In this document: piece after piece, positions 55,255 to 64,000 of the stretch
Numbering within the stretch: position 1 is the first letter of the stretch
Layout: every line of letters starts with the position of its first letter
The notes under the pieces: generated by a model
Seen by the model: only the letters and a program-made list of their open reading frames with translations
Databases searched by the model: none
What the model was told of the DNA's origin: nothing
Program-made: the position numbers and the translations under genes
Assembly (NCBI RefSeq): GCF_006345805.1
Contig: NC_043005.1
Coordinates: 73,780,001 to 73,844,000 of the forward strand
DNA from: Octopus sinensis
Taxonomy: Eukaryota
Direction of reading: 5' to 3'
DNA: 64,000 nucleotides

Positions 55255-55468
55255 CGCTTGACCGCGTGTGTACAGTTGGCGATTCTTTTTCCTCCGTCTT
55301 CCCTTCTCTGGATCTTTCCTTTTCCTATGTTTCTGACGAAGAGCTCCGCTCGAAACGTTAAACCCTCCTTCTTCCCTTCCTTCCTGAGCGTCCAATAATA
55401 CTATATTTGTTCCACGCCCTCGCGTTGTTGTGTTTTCTGTTTGCGTTTTCATGTTTTGATTAACTATA
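55255..55468 (+). mobile_element. Penelope-type terminal-repeat fragment with minimal type I hammerhead (55329-55363)
   Basis: GUUU-CUGACGA-A-GAGC UCC GCUC-GAAAC-GUU-AAAC; ends at (TA)n. Confidence 0.7.
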
Positions 55469-56217
55469 TATATATATATATACATATATTGCAAGCAGCA
55501 TGGCCGTAGTCAAATGACCGAAACAAAGATTAAAAGATCGGTTTTATGGACTATGAAGGGTACAGATGCTTGATAAAGGTCCCTGCAGTAGAACTCTGAT
55601 GATGCTTGGTGGTTTCAGAGCAACAAAATAGTGAAGGCTGGACTATCATTGGGTGGTACAATTCCTTGAGAAGGAACTAGAAGTGAACCTTAGTGAATTT
55701 GGTACCCTAAACAAGGGTAGTTCAATTCTGGTACCAGTCATTTGATAGGAACCAAATTGAACTGAAATTTATAGGTACAGGTGTGGCTGTGTGGCAAGAT
55801 GTCTGCTTCGCAATCACATAGTTTTCGGTTCAGTCCCAGTGTGGCACCTTGGGCAAATGTCTTCTACTATAGCCATGAGCCAACCACAGCCTCGTAAGTA
55901 GATTTAGTAAAGAGAAACTGAAAGAAGCCCCTCATATATATATATATGTTTGTGTTTGCCTTCCATCACTATTCGACAACCAGTGTTGGTCTATGTCCCT
56001 GTGGCTTAATGGTTCAACAAAAGAGACCAGTAACATAGACTAAACACTTCAAGATGGTGCCCCAGCTTGGTCGCAGTCCAATGACTGAAACAAGTAAAAA
56101 TATAAAGATGCCTTTTACCTACAAATCTGTGGCCTTGAGAGAGAAAGAGAGAGAGGCACACACACACACACATGTACACAACAACACTACAAATGTATTT
56201 ATATATATATATATATA

Positions 56218-56695
56218 CATATCACGTTGAAAGCACTGGTTCTCGTCTGATCACCGAAGTTAATCAACGTCGAGCCTTTTAGAGTTATTTTTCAGTTGCC
56301 CTGCTGGGTTGTATTAGTGTTTCTGTGTCTTCAGCTGCTGACAGCTCAGTGCAGCGAAGAATACGTCCAGCTGTATCTCTTTCTCTCTCAAGGCCACAGA
56401 TTTGTAGGTAAAAGGCATCTTTATATTTTTTATAACTGAAATTTATAGGTACAGGTGTGGCTGTGTGGCAAGATCTCTGCTTCGCAATCACATAGTTTTC
56501 GGTTCAGTCCCACTGTGTGGCACCTTGGGCAAATGTCTTCTACTATAGCCATGAGCCAACACAGCCTCGTAAGTAGATTTAGTAAAGAGATGACCGCTTG
56601 GGAAACCTAGGTGCAGTAAGCATAGCACATTGTAAATGGCAGTGCCCAGCATGGCCACAGCTCGTGAGCTGAAACTAGAATCAATCAATCAATCA
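56218..56695 (+). pseudogene. 5S rRNA-derived head (split: 56218-56276 and 56591-56621) with SINE-like tail ending in (ATCA)n
   Basis: CATATCACGTTGAAAGCACTGGTTCTCGTCTGATCACCGAAGTTAATCAACGTCGAGCC and TGACCGCTTGGGAAACCTAGGTGCAGTAAGC match the 5' and 3' halves of invertebrate 5S rRNA as I recall it. Confidence 0.85.
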
Positions 56696-57499
56696 TATAT
56701 AAAACTGATATACAGAAGATAAATGAGATCTATTTATACACACACACACATACATACATACAGTGATTGACAATAAAGTATGGAATGGTTGAAGTTAATA
56801 TGGTTATTTACAAAACAGCAATTGGAATAATTTATACCACTTTTCTGCATACACACACACACATTCACATGCAATAAAAAAAAAAACGTAAATGCACATA
56901 CTCTGACAGGTATTCACATAGTTTTGATATAAGGAGAAACAAAACATGGAGCAGACTGAACCTATCTCCTATACTATTCCAGCATTCTCTGAATTCTGAT
57001 TCAATGCTGTAGAGTATTGCCAGGAATTCCAAACAAAACACTTGTTAACAAATTAAAATCATGTCTGTTATTCGGTCTTTAATTATGATTTGTTTCTGGT
57101 TGTTTTTCCTTCTTTTTTTTTTTTTTATATATTTTTTAATGTATGCAAAAAACACCAAATTGAATATCTAAAAAAAAAAAGCACAAACATTCCAAGATAA
57201 AATAATTAATTTACTTCTTACTACTACAAAACAGATGCCAAAGTGATGTAACCTTCCCCAACACCATCCCTGATTCCACTCACTCCAACACACATGCATC
57301 AAAAAACAAAAAGAAAACAAAATTCAATTTTTGATAAATTTTCAGTTTTTTTTTTTTATATAATCTTTATTAGATTTTATGCACAAATGCACATGTGTGT
57401 AAATAAACACTAAACATGGTCATATAAACACATAAGTATATACAAATAAACACATACAATAATATGAAAGCATATACAGTAATTATATACAGTAATATG

Positions 57500-57690
57500 A
57501 AAGCTGGCAGAAATGTTACTACACCAAGCAAAATGCTTTACGTTCTGAGTTCAAATTCCGCCAAGGTCGACTTTGCCTTTCATCCCCTCAGGGTCGATAA
57601 ATTAAGTACCAGTTGCATACTGGGGTCGACCTAATCGACTGGCCCCCCCCCCCCCCAAATTTTGGGCCTCGTGCCTAGAGTAGAAAAGGG
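57500..57690 (+). mobile_element. SINE family A with alternative tail
   Basis: Poly-C then CAAATTTTGGGCCTCGTGCCTAGAGTAGAAAAG. Confidence 0.82.
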
Positions 57691-57928
57691 TACTTTATGA
57701 GGACCCGCTTTACTAGGCCCTAGGTTTACAAGTTTTATTTTATAATAAATATAAAAAGGTTAAACAGCCATTTTGTGTGTGTAGCAACACTGATTCTGAT
57801 GCGTCTACACAGCAGCGTATAGCAGTAAAAGGATGGCATAAAAGATTCAATGTTTTACTTTGTGCGTGCTCTTTGTTGAGAGAGATTACTACAAGCTAAT
57901 TCTTCATGTCACATATTTTATACATGTA

Positions 57929-58442
57929 CTAGCAGTATCGCCCGGCGTTGCTCGGGCTTGTAAGGGAAATAACTATATAAGCATTTTTAGGGAGTTACTT
58001 CCCTTATAGATGCCAATTCGGGCTTTTTTAGCGATTTCTGTTTTGGTGTCTTCAAGCCATGAAGTCGTTGTTCTAAAAGAACGCTGGTCTCCTTGACAAC
58101 GCTTTACGACGTTGATTTCCTTACACTCCCTTCCCCACAGCTTCACGAGGGAGGGAAGAAGGGGGGAGAAGCAAACAGGTGCAGGTGTGACCATGGACGA
58201 CAACTCCGCCGCCATCGACACACGAAAAATTATGCATTAAAATGGAATAAAAAATGATATTAAATTATTTTTAAAATCGTAGACTCATCGTAGACGCGCG
58301 CTAATAGCCAGACAGGCTCGATATGAATCACGACTATAAGAAACCCAGTTTTGGTTAAACTGCACTGCAAAATGTGGGAGTAATTAGGAATCTAAATCGA
58401 AGGGGACAGACACTCACACAACTACAGTTTTATATATATAGA
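57929..58442 (-). mobile_element. Non-autonomous Helitron-like element (longer variant)
   Basis: Same termini as 43044-43446, with an additional GC-rich internal segment. Confidence 0.85.
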
Positions 58443-58565
58443 TTTTCCACTTGATAAACTAGCACTGGTTTTAATTTTAAATCCCCAGATGCAATTCCTC
58501 CAAATAATAATGTCAGTTGATATTTTGCAACTTTAAAACAAGGCAGTGCATTTGCATTATTTACA
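58443..58565 (-). pseudogene. pogo/Tigger-like transposase fragment
   Basis: FKVAKYQLTLLFGGIASGDLKLKPVLVYQVEN resembles the Tigger DDE region (KDRLTLLLG.NA.GDFKLKP). Confidence 0.75.
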
Positions 58566-58607
58566 GTTGACGGATATTTTTTTTTTTTGCTCCTGTCGGT
58601 GTCCATT

Positions 58608-58934
58608 ACTCTTTTACTTGTTTCAGTCATTTGACTGCGACCATGCTGGGGCACCACCTTCAGTCAAGCAAATCAACCCCAGGACTTATTCTTTGGAAGC
58701 CTAGTACTTATTCTATTGGTCTCTTTTGCCGAACTGCTATACACACACATACATATATATATACATATATACAACAGGCTTCTTTCAGTTTCCGTCTACC
58801 AAATCCACTCACAAAGCTTTGGTCGGCCCAAGGCTATAGTAGAAGACACTTGCCCAAGGTTCCACGCAGTGGGACTGAACCCGGAACCTTGTGGTTCATC
58901 AGCAAGCTACTTACCATACAGCCACTCCTACACC
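58608..58934 (-). mobile_element. SINE family B
   Basis: Homologous to 22682-23101. Confidence 0.85.
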
Positions 58935-59156
58935 ATTGTACACTTTTGTTTTGACATATTGGGTGAGTTTAAAATATGCCGAAAATAATAGTGTAAATAC
59001 ATGTATATAGTTAACTTGTAATAATCTCTCTCAACAAAGAGTATGCACAAAGTAAAATAGTGAAATTTTATGCCATCATTTTACTCCGATGGAGTGTGCA
59101 AATCTAATGTGAGTGAAAGTGATTCAGAAAACGATTATAATATTTTTTATTATAAA

Positions 59157-60265
59157 CTAGCAGTATCGCCCAGCGTTGCTCGGGTTTGTAAGGGAAATAA
59201 CTATATAAGCATTTTTAGAGATGTAAAGTATAATAGCCATCTCAATATGGCTAACCACAAAGGTGGGGGGGTGTTACTGTAGCTTTTAACGTTCTGAGAT
59301 TTAATAATAAACTAGCAGCATAGCCTGGCGTTGCCCGAGTATGTAAGAAACTTTGTCGATAAGCAATGCCCTTTACCTTTTTACCCTTTTTTGTACTCAT
59401 TGAACTGTTATTTGGTAAAATGAAACCTAAAAGGCATTAAGGCATTCAAGGCACCGTTCCCTTGTATGCATGAAGAAGTAGGGAACATCTATGTGAACTT
59501 TCAAAAAATATCGCAGAAAAATCGGTTTGCTATGTGTGCCACATATGATGCAATTAACCGATTTTTTCCAGTAATAACGTAACCTATTGGAATCAAAACG
59601 GCCATATAGCTTCTTGGGGCAGACATGATGCTCGCTGTGAATTTCAAAAAAAATTCCTGCCAATTTGTTAAAGATATTGTCGAAAATATGTCATCTTGAA
59701 TTTGAATGTGATTTCCCAAAATGGACTGATTTTATCGATTTTTTCTGTAAGTTCCTTAGGGTAACATTAAGCTTCACCATGAGTTTGGTGAAAATCGATT
59801 GCAAGTTGCGAAAACTACAACGGAAAATGTGTTGTATATGATAAGCTTAGATTCTCGACCCCATGTTGAATTTATCGATTTTTTTCAGAACTGGGGGAAC
59901 TTTTCAAAATTTTCGCTGCGTTAGTTTTGAATTATGACATTGGGCTATGTGTGTGTCAAGTTTCATCAGAATCGGTTGAAAGCCGTGGTCAGGGTAAAGG
60001 TACAACCTGACAGACAAACTGCCTTTTATATATAGAGAAGATTTTTAGAGAGTTACTTCCCTTATATATGCCAAAAATGCATTAAAAATGGGAAAAATTG
60101 ATGGTAAATTTTTTTTTAAATCGTAGACTCATCGTAGACGCGCACTAATACCCAAAATGGCTCGATATGAATCACGACTATAAGATACCCGCAAGATGTG
60201 GGAGTAGTTAGGAATCTAAATCGTAGGAGACAGACAGCACACAACCTCTCTTTTATATATAAAGA
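59157..60265 (-). mobile_element. Helitron-like element with a second Helitron-like element (59312-60041) nested inside
   Basis: Two CTAG+hairpin ends (59157, 59312) and two TC..TATATA starts (60041, 60265); removing the inner element rejoins ATAATAAA|TTTTAGAG. Confidence 0.8.
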
Positions 60266-62879
60266 TGATCTTGAGATTCTTTTTACACTACATAAAATAC
60301 TTTTTACATTCTACTGTTGTTTTATTGCCATTTATTTACAAGTATTATAAATTTTATTGGTAAAATATTTTTCTGGGAACGAATTACGATTTATAACACT
60401 GCTACTATGGGAAAATTATTGCTTTGCTTTACGAGTATGTATGTGCATGTGTACATAGCATTTACAAGGATGTATATATACAATGGAACAAAATGTTGAT
60501 GATTAAGTCTGTCAATACACAAAAATTTTGAGACACAATTATATAAAATACCAAAAGAAAAGAACAAAAACAATATAACAATGTATGTGTGTTTGAAAAT
60601 GGCCTTCATTACTCAAACAGAATTTAAATAAATTAGAAGTCATTAATCAAACTACACTGTGTTGTGAAACCATCTACAATGAAAGAGTTCTGGGGGTGCT
60701 GTGTTCCACCCACCTGGAATAATAAAAAAAAAAAAAACATTCACACACCCTACCTTAACAAATTAAACTACATCTCTTCTCTTCCTCACATTTCCTCAAT
60801 GCTTATTTCTCGCTCCCCAGCCCTGTCATCACTGTATCGTTGCTATCCTGTTGTCCCCACAAGTCTTCTATATACCCATGTTTCACCAGTCACTGCAGTG
60901 CTTCTGTTTTTTTTTTAAATGGCCCTCATTACTCAAACAGGATTTTAAATAAATTAGGAGTCATTAATTAAACTACACTGTCTTGTGAAACCATCTACAC
61001 AGAAAAATGGTTAAACAAAAGTGATTGCACTGGAAAGGTTTTCATGGAACTGAAGGGGTGGTGGATCCAAAATATATGACAATTATTGCTCCTGAATACA
61101 GAAAGATTGTCAGCTCGCAAGATAGTCCAGTCCACACTTTACAGACCTCCATGGTTCATTGCACAAGTATTTATCATCACTTTGTGCAGTATTCAAGTGA
61201 ATGAGACTTAAATCCTGCTCAGAATGGTTTGGCAGTTTCCCTTTTTCCTATGGCAACACTTGAACTATTGAACGCAATACTTTGAATAAATGAACAGGTG
61301 ATCAGTAAAACACTGCAACTACAACTTAAAGTGGTAAATTATACTGCTCTGCAATTTAATCAGGTAGCTATATCTGTCAGGTATAGCAACCGAATCATCC
61401 TGAAATCAGACCCCCTTACCTTATAAAAAAGGAAAAAAAATTCATATACTGGCTAGTCTGGAAAAAAACCCAAAAAAACTTAAGAGTGGTGAAGACCATC
61501 AGAATACCTTTAATTCTATGTCTGCTTGAACGAGTCTGACAGCAATAGCTTATTTGAAGCTAGGAGGACTTGGCTGTTAAGAGATAAGTATCTTACACAA
61601 AAGATGTAATGCAGAGCCAGCTGTTGGTGTCAATGTAGGCCTATGGTCAAAGGTATTCCAACCATGACCACTTGTCTTTTCCTTTCTGAGAGACAACTAG
61701 AATTTGCATTATCCGATGAGCCTTTCCATTTTTCAAGATGGTAAGATGTTATGACTTGAAGGACATTTTGTTGTTATTTCTAGCAGCTGTTACTCATACA
61801 ACCACGTAGAGCCCTTCCTCTTTGGTTGGTCGTGTACTATCCTACCTTGGACATAGACACTCATGCATTTCATCAACAATCATCAATCTTTATTGTTAAT
61901 CCACATCAAATTATTTCAGTCAAATACACTCATCCATTGACTGAGCACCTTAGTTACTCAGCTAGACTGGCACAAAGGGAAAGGCTGGGTTAACCGCATC
62001 AAAGATACTCAGCTAGACTGGCACAAAGGGAAAGGCTGAGTTACCTGCATCAAAGTACCCAGACAGCACCTCCCGTTTCATCAATAGGAAAATTACTTGA
62101 CCACTCTATGTTAATAGAGATATTGATGCACAGGTAACCCAATGTAAGATTTTAACAATAGATCAACCACAGCATGATGGGAAAGGCACTTGGAATTGAT
62201 TGACCAATTATTGCTCAAGTTTGCTTTGTGTGGCATAAAAACTGTAGTAGAAAAAGTGGTACTCAAAAACTGGACAGGTGTGGCACAAGCTTTCTTCTTC
62301 ACTCAGTTTTCTAAAACGAAATAAAATGAAGGAATGGTTTCAATAAATGGCTGTCCAAAACAAGAAGGACATGGTCATAAAGGTTAATCAAAAACTGATT
62401 GAATACCCATGGTATTTACCCATGGCATTTACCCATAACCCATTAGCATTCAAATTATCCTGCCAAATGTAATCCTCACTTATTCAATTAATCATACATT
62501 ATCTTGTACCTTTGAAATTTCAATGATATGATTGTTTATTTTTAGAATAACATTGAAGGGTCGAAGTGTGAGAGGCTGGATCCCTCACCAGTTTCACTAT
62601 AAAACAAGTAGAATTTTGGCGTGGACATGGCTGGTGTGAATGCTAAATGGATAATTTACAGAGCTTGAAATATTCAAATATTTAGTAGCAATAACATTAA
62701 TAAAATTAGAGGTACAAGAATTGCAAAGTAATGCTGCTTAGTTTTAATTGAAAAGACAAAAAAAAACAGAAAAAAATGCAGGTAAAATATTTACAAAATA
62801 GTAAAAACTGGTTGTACTAAAAATTTCAGCTTTTGCTTTCGTTACTGTATTTATAATAAGTTTACTGATTCAACAAATT

Positions 62880-63081
62880 GATTTAAAAAGCACTGGTGCT
62901 GGTGCCATGTAAAAAAGCACCCAGTACACTCTGTAAAGTGCTTGGCATCAGGAAGGGCATCAAACTTTAGGAACCAAGACAAAACAGACTGGTGTGGACC
63001 CTGGACTTGTCAGCTCCTGTCAAGCTGTCCAACCCATAGCAGCAGGGAGAATGAATATTAAATGATGATGATGATGATGAT
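62880..63081 (+). mobile_element. Retroelement 3' end (RTE-type) with (TGA)n tail
   Basis: GGAAGGGCATC..GTCCAACCCAT.GCAGCA..TTAAATGATGATGA; partly related sequence on the minus strand at ~4150-4320. Confidence 0.65.
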
Positions 63082-63328
63082 GAAATGGTTAATGAGTGCA
63101 CAGAAATGTGGTTGGTGAATGAATGCAGACAATCTAGGCAACCCTTCAGTTTTAGCTTGTTGAGGAAATGACAACCCCCCTTGTGCTGGTGCCAGTACAA
63201 TGTGTAAAGTAGTGGTGTTAAAAATGACACCCAATCGAAGAAACAATACCATAATTAGAATGTATGAGAAAAGTATCGTCCCCACCTCCACTCCAATCAA
63301 CCTATCTGAAAAAAAAATATGAGATATA

Positions 63329-63499
63329 GGCGCAGGAGTGGCTGTGTGGTAAGTAGCTTGTTTACGAACCATATAGTTCATGGTTCAGTCCCACTGCATG
63401 GCACTTTGGGCAAGTGTCTTCTACTATAGCCTTGGGCCGACCAAAGCCTTGTAACTGGATTTGGTAGATGGAAACTGAAAGAAGCCCATCGTATATATG

Positions 63500-63530
<31 letters not shown>

Positions 63531-63740
63531 ATGTTTGTGTGTCTGTGTTTGTCCTAGCATTGCTTGACAACCGATGCTGGTGTGTTTACATCCCCGTCAC
63601 TTAGCGGTTCGGCAAAAGACCCCAATAGAATAAGTACTAGGCTTACAAAGAATAAGTCCTGGGGCCGATTTTCTCGACTAAAGGCAGTGCTCCAGCATGG
63701 CCGCAGTCAAATGACTGAAACAAGTAAAAGAGTAAAGAGT
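63329..63740 (+). mobile_element. SINE family B, full copy (another head starts at ~63945)
   Basis: GGCGCAGGAGTGGCTGTGTGGTAAG head, internal TA/TG repeat, standard tail. Confidence 0.9.
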
Positions 63741-64000
63741 AGATCAATGAAGGGAGAGACACCCCACAACTTCACCCTTCCTTTAATCGTTCTCCTTTAG
63801 TCAATTGCAGTGTACGCTTTGTCCCTATATATATATATATATGTGTTTGTGTGTGTGCCTGTATGTATGTATGCCCAAAACATAGATATGAATATGAATG
63901 TTCACAAATACATATCCATATATGGGAATGTTTAAAAATAAAAGAGTGGCTGTGTGGTAAGTAGCTTGCTAACCAACCACATGGTTTCGGGTTCAGTCCC

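Noticed and set aside
56800-62900. TE-poorer, A/T-tract-rich stretches resembling a 3' UTR
   Set aside because: No supportable exon or ORF; needs RNA-seq.

Overview
AT-rich, microsatellite-dense eukaryotic non-coding DNA. The tRNA-headed SINE families look like those of octopus/cephalopod genomes (inference from recognition; no search run). I found no host protein-coding gene I can support; most listed ORFs are microsatellite read-throughs or TE antisense frames. TE content: a 5.3-kb full-length but frameshifted Tx1/L1-clade LINE; RTE, CR1/L2-like, R4/Dong-like and Penelope remnants; a deleted mariner; hAT and Merlin-like MITEs; non-autonomous Helitrons; and many SINEs. Two systems stand out. 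(1) Several Penelope-type/retrozyme-like repeats carry type I hammerhead ribozyme motifs and sit in (TA)n tracts, often with inverted arms. The best case is a near-identical 545-bp unit in tandem plus inverted copies at 10611-12409. (2) The Tx1 LINE shares its 3' ~40 nt with the dominant SINE and is inserted into a copy of that SINE. The insertion point is the same nucleotide where three SINE-SINE tandem junctions occur, suggesting a self-targeting LINE/SINE pair. A 5S rRNA-headed SINE-like element split by a locally templated insertion is also present.
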